A stretch of DNA of 64,000 bases from Mobula hypostoma. Taxonomy: Eukaryota. A program made the position numbers and the translations under genes. The number at the start of each line of letters is the position of its first letter. The first letter of the stretch is position 1. Positions 37,592 to 49,644 of the stretch are shown here, in pieces. The notes below the pieces were generated by a model that did no database searches, was not told where the DNA came from, and worked only from the letters and a program-made list of their open reading frames with translations. Location: NCBI RefSeq assembly GCF_963921235.1, contig NC_086107.1, forward strand, positions 107,820,001 to 107,884,000. The letters are read 5' to 3'.

Positions 37592-38369
37592 TATTTTATA
37601 GGCAATAAAGGTTTGAAGGGAAAATTATGCAGTGATGGTGGTGAGAGCAAGGCAGCAGAGCGAATTGAGGCCTGTTTCAAAAGATGGACAGAATGGCCTC
37701 CTATGATGTCTCATTGTCTGATTCTGTGAAACAGGATAATAAAGTGAACTCCCCAGTTGTAAAAGTAGCACAAATGAAATTTTCTTCTTATAATTTATAC
37801 TTACTTATTGTCACTGTGACTGGCAAGAAGAAGCTGAAATGATGAATGTTCGCTTGTCAAAGGACATTCTGAAGCGATTTCTCTCCCATAGTTTGTAGTC
37901 TAACAGCTGCAGTCAAACAGAGAAATCAATATTTTTTTCTTTATATAATTTACTTTTTTTTTAGCTTATTAGGCATGCAGAGAGTGCTAATGTCCCATGA
38001 AAGAGAGGGAAAGAATGTTTCCTTTCATCACAGAAATAAATGGTTTGTGATGCAAAGTTGCAGATGTTCATCAGAGGAGCTATTATCCAAGACATTTCCT
38101 GTCACTGGCTGCCTTTAACCCTCTCCCAGCCACCCACCCTTCTCAAAGTACCCACATTTCACGGCCAAACGTTATGCCATCACCAATGGCAAAAAAAAAC
38201 CATTTTTCACTCTTGAGACGCTGTCATTTTAGCAAGCCCTGCACTTCTTATCCACCCCTAATTGCCCCTTGAGAATTGAAGGTTCTTCTTGGACTACGTC
38301 GAGCCGCAGTACCATTGGGTCAGAAGCTCCAGGATTCTGACAGACAATGAAGGATTGGGCCTTTAGTGG

Positions 38370-38835
38370 GGCCTGGACTCGCTGGAGTTTAGAATAATGG
38401 GTGGGAGGGGATATCTCATTGAAACCTATGAAATATTGAAAGGCCGAGATAGAGTGGACGTGGAGAGGATGTTTCCTATAGTGGGGGAGTCTAGGACCAG
38501 AGGACATAGCCTCAGAAGAGAAGGACATCTATAGAATATTGAAAGGCCTAGATAGAGAAGATGTTTCATGCAGTGGAGGAGCCTAAGGCCAGAGGGCACA
38601 GCCTCAGAATACAAGGATGTCCCTTTAGAACAAAGATGAGGAATTTCCTTAGCCATGAATGTGGAATTCATTGGCACAGATGGCTGTGGAGTCATTGGGT
38701 ATATTTAAAGCAGAGGTTGATAGGTTCTTGATTAGTTAGGGCATCAAAAGTTAGGGGGAGAACAATAGAATGGCAGAGCATACTTGCTGGGCTAAACAGC
38801 CCACTTCTACTCCTATGCTTTATGATCTTATGGAC
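38370..38835 (+). mobile_element. CR1-type 3' fragment with internal duplication
   Basis: The aatattgaaaggcc.agatagag...agcctcagaa segment occurs twice (~38430-38525 and ~38535-38620). Confidence 0.75.
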
Positions 38836-39448
38836 TAGCAATATGTTTTCAAGCTAGGCTGGTGTTTGACCCACAGGGCATGCTGCTTGCTTTGTTCATA
38901 TGCCTGGTACTTTTGGTCCTCCAAAGAGCTGGGATTTGCAGGTACTTGTGAAGAGGATCTTGCTTGCTGAACTAGGATGGGTACACCATTTTGTGTGTCC
39001 GGGTTAAAGTCTGAAAATCGGCCTGCTGGTTTTACTTTACAATGTCTCACCGTAATGTTTTACTCAAACTGAGCTCCTCACCAAGCCATTTTAGATGGCA
39101 GCTAAAGGTCATCCATGCCTTTGCGGTTTTGCAGAGGCAAAGAAGCCAGATTTAGTAAAGACGGCGTATTTGGTTTTTTGGAGGATATTAGTGAATTGGG
39201 TGTGGTTTTTCAACAATCTACAGTAAATTGCCATTTTTGCCTTCCGTATTTATTTAATTAACGAAAATTCTATTCAAGATGCAAGTTTTCAGATAATTAG
39301 TCCAAGAACCTGAATGCTAATCCAGTAAACGAATCGCGACACCAGTTGTACTTTATAAAACCCTAGGAGAGGATTAAATCAATTGCAATTAGTGCATCCC
39401 ACACTCAACTGTAGTAAACATGTTACCAAAAAGAAGATGGTTAAGTCA

Positions 39449-40678
39449 CACTCAGTGGCCACTTTATTAGATACACCTAATCATTAATGCAAATCTCTAA
39501 GGAGGAGGGGAGGAGAAGATGGCGGTGCGACGCAGCGCGCGCGGCTGCTCCAAATTGATATCGTATTTGTTAAATAGGGGCCGTGCACAATCCTGATTTG
39601 ATGGAGACAGATGTGAAAAAGTACGGAGGAACATCTGGAGAAACTTCTGAGATGGCTGCTTTGCTGCTGTTGCTACTGTGCGATCGAGAATCTCTGGAGG
39701 GGAAGGCCCCAAATCCTCGGCTTTGCCTATTGCCTATTGCCGGGGCTGGGGTCGAAGCGCTCGGCAGAGGTGTGGCTCAGTGCTTGGTGTCAGAGGGCTG
39801 GTCGAAGGCTCGAAGTTTCAGACGGACTCAGAGTCGGACTGTGGTCGGATGCTTCCAGGATGCTGCATCGGCAAGTTTGCGGCGCTGGAAGCTCATGGCA
39901 GGGAGAGTTTCTCTTCCTTCTACCGCCTGCGTGAGATGATGGGACCTTCAAGAGACTTTGAGACTTTTTTTACCGTGCCCATGGTCTGCTCTTCATCAAA
40001 TTACGGTATTGCTTTGCACTGTTGTAACTATATGTTATAATTATGTGGTTTTTGTCAGTTTTTTTTAGTTTTGGTTTGTCTTGTGTTTCTGTGATATCTT
40101 TCTGGAGGAACCAATTGTATCATTTCTTAATGCATGCATTAATAAATGACAATAAAAGAGGACTGCGTGTCCTCATAATCTAATCTAATCTAATCGGCCA
40201 ATCATGTGGCAACAACTCAATATATAAAAGCACGCAGACATGGTCAAGAGGTTCAGTTGTTGTTCAGATCAAACACCAGAATTGGGAAGAAATATGATCT
40301 AAGTGACTTTGACCGTGGAATGATTGTTGGTGCCAGATGGGGTGGTTTGCGTATCTCAGAAACTGTTGATCTCCTGGGACTTTCAGTCACAACAGTCTCT
40401 GGAGTTTACAGAGAATGACACTAAATACAAAAAGCTTCCAGTGAGCAACATTTCTGTGGCCAAAAATGCCTTTTTAATGAGAGAAGTCAGAGGAGAATGG
40501 CTTGACTAATTCAAGCTGGCAGCTCAAATAACCCCATGGTGTGCAGAAGAGCATCTGCGGACTCACAAACCCATTGAACCCTGAAGTGGATGGGCGACTA
40601 TAGCAGAAAACGCTGAACAAACATTCAGTGGCCACACTAATAAGCACAAGAGGTACCTAATAAAGTGGCCACTGGGTG
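39449..40678 (+). mobile_element. Tc1-derived non-autonomous DNA transposon, interrupted
   Basis: TIRs cactcagtggccactttattag / ctaataaagtggccactgggtg-TA. Transposase N-terminal remnant DLSDFDRGMIVGAR...ISETVDLLG...TVSGVYRE. Confidence 0.85.
39500..40195 (+). mobile_element. ~690-bp non-coding retroelement (AAGATGGCG head, (TAATC)n tail)
   Basis: Splits the Tc1 MITE at caaatctctaa|...|ctaatcggccaatc. AATAAA then (taatc)n at the 3' end. Confidence 0.8.
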
Positions 40679-40829
40679 TACTTGTATTAGGTGAGCAAGA
40701 ATGAAAATGGGTGAGATCAGGGTTGTCGGGGGCTCAAAGGGCCGGAATTCTGCACTGTATTTCTAAATAAATGAATAAATGAAATTTTGAAAGCAAGGAG
40801 GAGAATTTTAAAATTGAGGTATTACTTAG

Positions 40830-42400
40830 CCGGGATCTCCTCCTCACGGACAGTCAACACCGGCACACCCCAAGGACGTGTGCTTAGCCCACTGCTCTGC
40901 TCTCTCCACAGTCATGACTGTGTGGCTAAGCACAGTACAAACAACGTCTGTACATTCGCCAATGGCATAACTGTTGTCAGCAGAAACGCAGGTGGCGATG
41001 AGGAGGTGTACAGGAGTGACGTAGATTGGCTGGTTGAGCGGTCTCGCAACAAAAACCTCGCACTCAATGTCAGCAAGATCAAGGAATTGATTATGAACTT
41101 CAGGAAGGGGAAGTCAGGAGAACACACAGGAGTTCTCATTAAGCGGTTAGCGGTGGAACGGATGAGGAGCTCCAAGTTCCTGGGTGTCAACGTCTCTGAA
41201 GGTTTATCTTGGGCCGAACATTATTATGATTATGATTATGAGCACACGCAGTCCCCTTTTACTGTCATTTAGTAATGCATGCATTAAGAAATGATAAAAA
41301 TGTTTTTCCAGAATGATATCACGAAAATACATGACAAACCGACTTAAACACTAACAAAAACCACATAATTATAACATATTGTTACAACAGTGCAAAGCAA
41401 TACCATAATTTGATAAGAACAGACCATGGCACAGTAAAAATCTCAGAGTCTCTCGGAAGTCCCATCATCTCACGCAGACGGTAAACCTCTAGCCCTGCCA
41501 ACTAGCCGATGCAGCGACCCGGAAGCATCCGACCACAGTCCGACTCCGAGTCCGTTTGAAAAACTCCGAGCCTCCGACCACCTATTTGACACCGAGCACC
41601 GAGCACCATCTCTGCCAAGCGTTTCCACCCTGGCAACAGGCGATACGCAAAGCTGAGGATTTGGGGCCTTCGTCTCCGGAGACTCTGGATCGCACAGCAG
41701 CAGTGGCAGCGAAGCGGGCATTTCAGAGGTTTCTCCAGATGTTCCTCTGCGCTTCTCACGGCTGTCCCCATCAAATCCGGATTGTGCATGGCACCCCTAG
41801 TTACACATATCGATATTCATTTGGAACGGCTGCGCGCGGTGCATCGCGCCGCCATCTTCTCCTCATATTGATACAATTACGACGATGGCATGCCAGCAGT
41901 TATATTTCATTAGGGGTTTGAGCAGATTTGGTGTGACACCAAAGACTCCAGAAAATCTCTGCAGATATATCGTGGAGAGCATTCTGACTGTTTGTAACAC
42001 CATCTGGAATGGAGGCACCAATGCACAAGGTCGGGAAAAACCTACGGAGGGTTGTAAATGCAGCCAGCTCCTTCATGAGCATTATCCTTTCCATCATCGA
42101 AGACATCTTCAAAAGACAATGCCTCAAGAATGCAGCATCCATCATTGGGCACCCTCACCATCCAGGACATGACTTCTTAGAATCATAGAAAAGTACAGTA
42201 CAGAAACAGGTCCTTTGGCCCATCTAGTCTGTGCCAAACCATTTATTAGTCTTATTATTTCTTGTTACTGTCATCAGGGAGGAGTTACTGGCGCCTGAAG
42301 ACGCACACTCAGTGTTTAAAGAACAGCTTCTCAATGGTCCATGAATCCATGAATATTGCCTCAATATTTTGCTGTCTATTAACACTCTTTATTTTGTTAT
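40830..42400 (+). mobile_element. Rex1/Babar-type LINE RT fragment, interrupted
   Basis: NTGTPQGRVLSPLL...HDC...FANGITVV...LALNVSKIKELIMNFR...KFLGV; continues after 41864. Confidence 0.85.
41222..41864 (-). mobile_element. Copy of the ~670-bp non-coding retroelement
   Basis: Head gaggagaagatggcggcg with a (cataat)n tail. Confidence 0.75.
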
Positions 42401-42780
42401 GCCCCCCTGAGTTGGCTTGCTACTTTATTTCTAGCTACTAGATCTCACTGCTTACTTGCAAACTTACAGATGTTGTTGACGACTTATTGTGTTGCTAAGC
42501 AATTGACCTTTGACATCAGGTCGGCCATTGTAGCCGCTTGTTTTTTTTTTCATTCATTAGTTAGAAGCACCTTCATGAGTCGAAGGAAGTTTCATCAATA
42601 TTTGAATCTATCTTTCGTGAGAATCCTGAAAAGTACTGTCTTTTCACTCAGCTATTTGTGGATTGAAGAGCATTGGCGAGCAATAAAAACCATCTTCAAA
42701 CTACAACTATACTGGAACTGGAGTTTACCAATCGGTCTAGCTTCAGAAAGACGGGGCAATTCTTGATTGAGGGCATAATA

Positions 42781-43400
42781 TTAGATTAGATTAGATTATG
42801 AGCACACGCAGTCCTCTTTTATTGGCATTTATTAATGCATGCATTAAGAAATGATACAATGTTCCTCCGGTGTGATATCACAGAAACACAAGACAGACCA
42901 AGACTAAAAAACTGACAAAAACCACATAATTATAACATATAGTTACAACAGTGCAAGCAATACCGTAACTTGATGAAGAACAGGCCATGGGCACAATAAA
43001 AAAAATTCAAAGTCTCTCGAAAGTCCCATGATCTCACGTGGATGGGAGAAGGAAGAAACTCTTCCAGCGCCGCAAAATTGCCAATGCAGCATCCTGGAAG
43101 CACCTGACCACAGTCCGACTCTGAGTTGTCCGAAAACTTCGAGCCTCCGACCAGCCCTCCAACACCAAGCACCGAGCACCATCTCTGCCGAGCGCTTCGA
43201 CCCCAGCCCCGGCTGCCAGCAATAGGCAAAGCCGAGGATTTTGGGCCTACCCCCTGGAGATTCTCGGTCGCACAGTAGCAGCGGCAGCAAACCGGGTATT
43301 TCAGAAGTTTCTCCAGGTGTTCCTGCATGCTTCTCACGTCTGTCTCCATCAAATCAGAATTGTGCACGGCCCCCTATTTAACAAATATGATATTATTTGA
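42781..43400 (-). mobile_element. 5'-truncated copy of the ~670-bp non-coding retroelement
   Basis: Highly similar to 39560-40195, with a (taatc)n tail. Confidence 0.75.
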
Positions 43401-44689
43401 TTTTTATATATTCATATTGTAATTTATAGTAAATTTTATGTATTGCACTGTACTGCTGCCATAGAACACCAAATTTCACAATGTGTGTCAGTGATGATAA
43501 ACCTGATTCAGATTCTGAGGAGGTACTGGATGTCAGTGAGCACATGGGTGATTGGAGAACAAGACCAGTTGCATCTTAGGATGTTGTAGCAGAGCTTTAT
43601 ATGAACTCAAGTTTTAGGAGATTGAGATGAGGAGAAAATAGACATAAGTGCTTTGGAATAGTCATATCTGTAGATAGGCAAGGCGAAATCACAAACATGA
43701 CCGAGTCTGCAGAAACCCAGAGCAGCACTTGCAAAAAGCTGGAGGAACTCAGCAGGTCAGGCAGTATATAGGACGAGACAGTTGACATCTCGGGCTGAGA
43801 CCCTCTGGGGACAATGAAGGTTTCAAAAGCAGGTGAGCTGAGGCAGCGTTACGTCTAAGTGTTGCTAATGAGGTTGCAACATTGGGTCTTCATGAGAGAG
43901 CTGGGATGTGTGGAATCAAGTTAATTTTGGGTCTCCTATGACACCATCCATATGGCCCAGTTTCAGACAGCAGCCAGGAAGTGTGACAGTCACTGATGAG
44001 GGAATGGGATTGCGAACAAGGATCAAACACAATAGGTTTAGTCTTCTCAATATTTAGTCATTTGAAAATTTATGCTCTGTCTGACAAAGCAGTATAGGAA
44101 CATTCGGACTGCTAAATTCCTCTAATTCCTCTAGTCTACGGAGATATATCCCCTGAGTTTAACCTCAAAAGATAAAATATTTCTAGTGAAAGGTCAGTTA
44201 ATCCATGACTGTACAAAAGTTGGGGGCTTTTGTTCCACTGAAGAGAAATTAAAATATTTCAGTTGATTAATTACTCTTTCCAAGATGAACCACATAGAAT
44301 TTTTCTCAGATGACGAATGAGGGTTGTGATTTGATTGGGCTGAAACTCCAGAAGAATGGGGCAGAACATTCAGATGAAAGCCAGGTGATTTTGGAAGCAC
44401 TTGTTCATAAAATGATGGTAGAAATTTAGAAATCTCTCCTCATTCTCTCTCCACCTCCTTCCCTGCTCTGCCCCACCCCCAAAAGAGCTCTGAAGCTGGA
44501 GGTCTGGACATTAGTAGAATCTGTCTAAGGAAAGATTAGTTGAATTATGTTGGACTTTAGAACTTACAAAGTCGTGATGGGACGGGCAAGTTAAAATACA
44601 TTTAAAACAGTTTGAAAGGGCTGAATAGTTCCCTCTTATTCCAACATTCTGCTTGGTTGCATGTTGGATGTAAGAATTACTAAGATGCA

Positions 44690-45330
44690 CATCAATCCTT
44701 AATGAGGGGTCAGCAGTGGAAAGGGTGAACAGCTTCCCTGGCTGTCAGCAGCTCAGGGGACAGCATATTGCTGCAAACCCAAAGAAGGCACATCAGCGGC
44801 TCAACTTCATTCGGAGTTTGAGGGGATTTGGTATGTCACCAAAGACTTGCAAATTTCTACAGGTTGTACGGCAGAGAGTATTCTGACTGGCTGCATCGCA
44901 ACCTGGTCACGGAACCTCCAATGCCCAGGATCACAGGAGTCTGCAGAAGGTTGTAAACTCAACTAGCTCCATCACGGGTACAACCATCCCTGCTGCCAAG
45001 GACATCTTCAAAAGGCAGTGCCTGAAGAAGATGGCATCCATTATTAAAGACCCTCACCATCCGGGACATGCCCTCTTCACGTTACTATCATGCAGGAGAA
45101 GGCACAGAAGCCTGAAGATCCACACTCAATTATTTATGACCAACTTCTCCCTCTCCGCTATTAGATTTCAGAACGCTCTATGAACTTATGAACACTATCT
45201 CATTATTTGTCTTTTGCACTATGTATTTATTTACTAACATAGTAATTTTTACATCTTCCCCTCTATTGCTATTGCAAAACAACAAATTTCATGACATATA
45301 GTAGTGATAACAAACGTGCTTCTGATTCCC
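44690..45330 (+). mobile_element. Rex1/Babar-type LINE 3' fragment
   Basis: gagagtattctgactggctgcatc and aaagaccctcaccatccgggacatgccctcttc motifs. Confidence 0.8.
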
Positions 45331-45353
45331 CTCAAAGCCATATTGGAACCTAT

Positions 45354-45903
45354 GTTGTTCGTCCATCGTTGACGTCGATGAGGACCTCGACACCATAATG
45401 ATGGTGTCGAGACTAGCGCGTGATTTGGATTTGAGGGAGAGTGGCGCAGCATCAGCCTCACTCTCTCTTCCCAATTCCCATCTGGATCCAGTGGCAAGAC
45501 AAGAGTTGAGACGGCTGGAGATGGGACTAGGCGCAGTGGATGACCAGGACATCTTCTATGTCTTGTCCTGTTCTACATGTTCCACGACGCTTGCAGAGAC
45601 CGTGTTCTTGACCATTGGACCTTCCATCGGTCTCATCCGCTCAATCCACCGGAGTCTGTCTTCACATGCTGGGATAGACAACTCCCTATCTCACCGAGGG
45701 TTTGAGACCCGTCGGCTACCCTCACCTGGTTTAGCCGGCTTGTCGAAGCCATTGCCCGGGGTGTGGCCGCTGTCGCATGCAAACAGCTACGGGGAGCCAC
45801 AGGTGAGATCTGAGTTCCAGGTGGGGACCAAAGGTGGACAAACCACCCTGAAAAGGACGAGACATGTTCCCCCACCAGAGGTGCTACCCCTCCCTGACAC
45901 CCC
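45354..45903 (-). mobile_element. Full-length non-autonomous retroelement (probably RTE-mobilised) with a 5' ribozyme fold
   Basis: 14-bp TSD ATATTGGAACCTAT at 45340-45353 and 45906-45919. 3' end ...gaacaac with terminal hairpins; CpG-rich, so probably young; no recognisable protein domain. Confidence 0.8.
45721..45903 (-). ncRNA. HDV-like self-cleaving ribozyme (predicted)
   Basis: P1 GGGGUGU/ACACCCC; P2 CUCACCUGU/ACCAGGUGAG; P3 GGC/GCC; L3 UCCCCG...; P1.1 CC/GG; GGGCAA junction; P4 UGGCUU/AAGCCG; J4/2 G-C-UAA. Confidence 0.8.
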
Positions 45904-46358
45904 ATATATTGGAACCTATATAGTCATATTCATACTTTGTTGATCCAGGGGGAAACTGGTTTTCGTTACAGTGCACCATAAATAATAAACAGTAATAAAA
46001 CCATAAATAGTTAAATACTAATATGTAAATTATGCCAGGAAATAAGTCCAGGACCAGCCTATTGGCTCAGGGTGTCTGACCCTCCAAGGGAGGAGTTGTA
46101 AAGTTTGATGGCCACAGGCAGGAATGACTTATCAGTCATAACCAAGAGACAAAGGTGTAGAATTAGGTAACTCAGCCCATCAAGTCTGCATCACCATTCC
46201 ATCATGGCTGATATAGTTTCCTTCTCAACTCCGTTCACTTACCTTTTCCCTGTAAGCTTTGATTGCCTTGTTAATCGAGAATCTATCAACCTCCATGCTA
46301 AGTAGTAGACATTAAACTCCAGTGCCAACCTTTAGCAAAACATCAATAATTGAGCACA

Positions 46359-46549
46359 CACGAGGAATTCTGCAGATGCTGGAAATTCAAGCAACACACA
46401 TATAAGTTGCTGGTGAACGCAGCAGGCCAGGCAGCATCTCTAGGAAGAGGTACAGTCGACGTTTCAGGCCGAGACCCTTCATCCTGATGAAGAGTCTCAG
46501 CCCGAAACGCCGACTGTACCTCTTCCTAGAGATGCTGCCTGGCCTGCTG
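46359..46549. mobile_element. Palindromic Penelope-derived element
   Basis: Inverted arms meet at cttcatc|ctgatgaag. 14-bp TSD AATAATTGAGCACA at 46345-46358 and 46550-46563. Confidence 0.85.
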
Positions 46550-47087
46550 AATAATTGAGCACAGTCAGGGCTTTGAAAACGGCCAGAGTGGCAGATTTTC
46601 TAAATTACTGAATTATTGATTGTAATACCCCAACACCATTTCAACTTAACTTTTTTCTAGATTTTATATGACAACGTAAGTTTTGCATGAAGCCCAGTAA
46701 GTTTAAAGGGAGCATGGGAAACAGGGCCTGAGTCAGTTTAAAGCAGGAGTTCCCAACCTGGGTTCCATGGACCCCTCGATTGATGGTAGGGTGTTGATGG
46801 CATGAAAAAGATTGGGATCCCCTGGTTTAGAAGGATCATAGGGACTGGGACACCATTACGTCGGAGTACGGCAAACATCACCTTTTGCTGAACAATTAAG
46901 ATTTTTGAACAGTCAAACTGAAGATTATTGGAGTTTAATATATGAACCTATATGCCAAACTTCCAAGCCAGGCTACAAGAAGAGGAGAGTTGGGCATGAG
47001 GCTGACAACCCCATCCTGTAAATACCCAGTGCTACGGAAATGCCAATGAAAGCTCCAAAGACCCTGGTCCCTGGAATACACGCCTGC

Positions 47088-47305
47088 TTGTAGTTGTTGT
47101 TGAGTTCCATCGAGTCATGTCAACTCATGGCAACCCTATGGATAGTGTAGTTTGCCTGTAGGGTTTACTAAAGTAGATTGCCAGGCCTTTCTTCCGCACA
47201 GATACTGCTGCTGCCCGGGTTTGGACTCCGCCGGATTCGAACTCAGGACCATTCACCTCAAAGTACGGTGCTGATGCCACTACGCTACCACAGAGACAGC
47301 CACGT
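47088..47305 (-). mobile_element. tRNA-head / RTE-tail SINE
   Basis: A-box-like TAGCGTAGTGG, B-box GAGTTCGAATCC, tail atagggttgccatgagttgacatgactcgatggaac(caa)n. Confidence 0.7.
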
Positions 47306-48282
47306 GGCCAATCCCAATGGGGGCCAATAAATTCACTAAAAAGTACTTCTAAAAAAATGTTGCGATTAATGTTAATTGTTGTTTCAAAAATACTTCTACA
47401 CTTGGGTTCTCTGTCAAGGTCACCAAATTCATTGAAACAACTGTCTTGTGTTAGTGTAAAACAGATACCAAATGTAACATTGATCTGTCCGTCAACACAG
47501 ACAGCTCCCCGTGACAGCAAGGGCTTCCGGCAGGTGCACTGGTTTCCTCCCACAGTCCAAAGATGTACAGCTTAGAGGGTGAATTGGTCATTATGAATTG
47601 TCTTGTGATTAAGCCAGTGTTACCGGGCAGCGTGGCTCATTGGGCTGGAAGGGCCCGTTCTGTGATACATCGCTAAATAAATAAATATACAGAGGAGTTT
47701 AGTCCGAATAGCATCAAGGGAGGATGGTATAGGAAAGATGATACTGGCACAAGTAATATATGAAAAGTATGCCCCTGGTTAGTTCAAACATTGGGCAAAC
47801 TATATCTTTCTCACCCACCTGGTTTCACCTATCACCTTCCAGCTAGCCACCTTCCCTTCCCCCTATCGTTTCATTCTGGCATTTACCCCCTTCTTTCTCA
47901 ATCCTGAACAAGGCTCTTGGCCCGAAGTGTCGACTGCTTATTCATTTCAATAGATGCCATCTGACTTGCTGTGTTCCTCCAGCATTTTGTGCGTGTTGCT
48001 TTGGATTCCCAGTACCTGCAGACTTCCCTGTGTTTATGTTCAGCGTTATCAGGTGTTACACTATATTCATGCTCAGCCCAGTAGAGAGGATCTTGTGATT
48101 TGCTATCCAATGAATTGGACTACCTGTGCCCATAAGGTCATCTCTTTCTGAAAGACTAGTCCTAATATGGAATCATGAGTTGTTCCCACTGAGTTTTAAC
48201 TCTAAGTAAACATTGGAAATTCAACCATGGTCCCATTCCTTGCAACCTCCACGTGGCCGTCTCTGGTTACAGGCTTTAGTAT

Positions 48283-48830
48283 ACACTCAATGACCATTTC
48301 ATTAGGTACACCAGTACACCTGCTTGTTAATGCAAATATCTAATCAGCCAATCACGTGGCAGCAACTGAATAGATAAAAGCATGCAGACATGGTCAAGGG
48401 CTTCAGACCAAACATCAGAATGGAGAAGATATGGGATCTAGGTGACTTTGACCGTGGAATGATTGTTGGTGCCAGACAGGGCAGTCTGAGTATCTCAGCA
48501 ACTACTGAGCTAATGCACAGCAATCTCTAGAGTTTACAGACAATGGTGAGAAAAACAAAACACATCCATTGAGCTTCAGTTCTGTGGGCAGAAGCACCTT
48601 GTTGATGAGAGAAGTGAGAGGCGAATGCCCGTACTGATTCAATCTGACAGGAAGACCACAGTAACTCAGATAACCACGTGTTACAACAGTGGTGTGTAGA
48701 AGAGCATCTCTGAATGCACGACATTATCAACCTTGAAGTGGATGGGCTACAGCAGCAGAAGACCATGAACATACACTCTGTGGCCATTCTGTAAGGTAAA
48801 GGAGGTACACAACAAAATGGTCACCCAGTG
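48283..48830 (+). mobile_element. Tc1-derived non-autonomous DNA transposon
   Basis: TA-cactcaatgaccatttcattaggtacacc left end; internal sequence matches the 39449 copy. Confidence 0.8.
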
Positions 48831-49644
48831 TAAGGAGCTCATTATTTTGGCATTACTGGGTGTGCTCATATAGGATTCCTCACGCCCATAATTAATGATG
48901 CCAACGACTGGTTCAAAGGAATCAGGGATAATGCTTGAGGACTTACTGGAGTTTAACTTCTTAAACTTTCTATGTAAGTGCAGAGTGAACTGCTGTACAG
49001 TAGCAGAAGCAAATTCTTCATTGTTGGTGGGGTAATACAATCTGCCTGTTTACCAAGTGTGATTCAATCCCCTCTGGCTCTGTTTGTGTAGAGAGCACAC
49101 GTAGTATCAGCTTCAGATTTTACATCCGCCTCTGTCCAACAGGTGAGGCAGAGCAGGATGTGGAAAACTTGCTGGCTTGTAAGCAGAATAAGAAGCTATA
49201 TATAAAAACCTTGGAAGGCATTAGGAACTGAAAGACAAAAAGAGAGGGGAATGCAGACAAAGGCAGACAAAGTGAAAGGCTCTGGCAATGGGAGGAGTCT
49301 AGGAAAGAAAATAAAGGAGTGAAATGGAGAGGGAGAATTATAATGAGAGGAAGGTACATTGATAAAGATAAAAGCGGCTGGGATGGAAAGCAAGATAAAA
49401 AGAGAGAGGATTGAGCGAGGATGTGAGCAAAGGCAGATAAGCGAAAGATGTTGGTTGAGAGAGGTGAAGTACACAGAGGGATAATGAGAGTGAGAGCAGT
49501 AACAAAAGGAGATAGTGAAGACAAGAATACGGAAAGAAAAAGTGAGTAAGAATGTCAATAAGCTCAAAACAAGAAAGAAAAACAACATTCAAGAAAGAAA
49601 TGTTTCTTCAAAACTCAGTGACCACTTTATTAGGTACACCTATA

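Noticed and set aside
45398..45943. 181-aa plus-strand ORF
   Set aside because: Antisense to the GC-rich retroelement, runs through its TSD, and has no recognisable domain.
47220..47300. Possible tRNA gene
   Set aside because: A/B boxes are present but no convincing cloverleaf; it is followed by an RTE-type tail, so it is a SINE head.
49120..49592. Three overlapping hydrophobic ORFs
   Set aside because: Produced by a purine-rich low-complexity tract, not a membrane protein.
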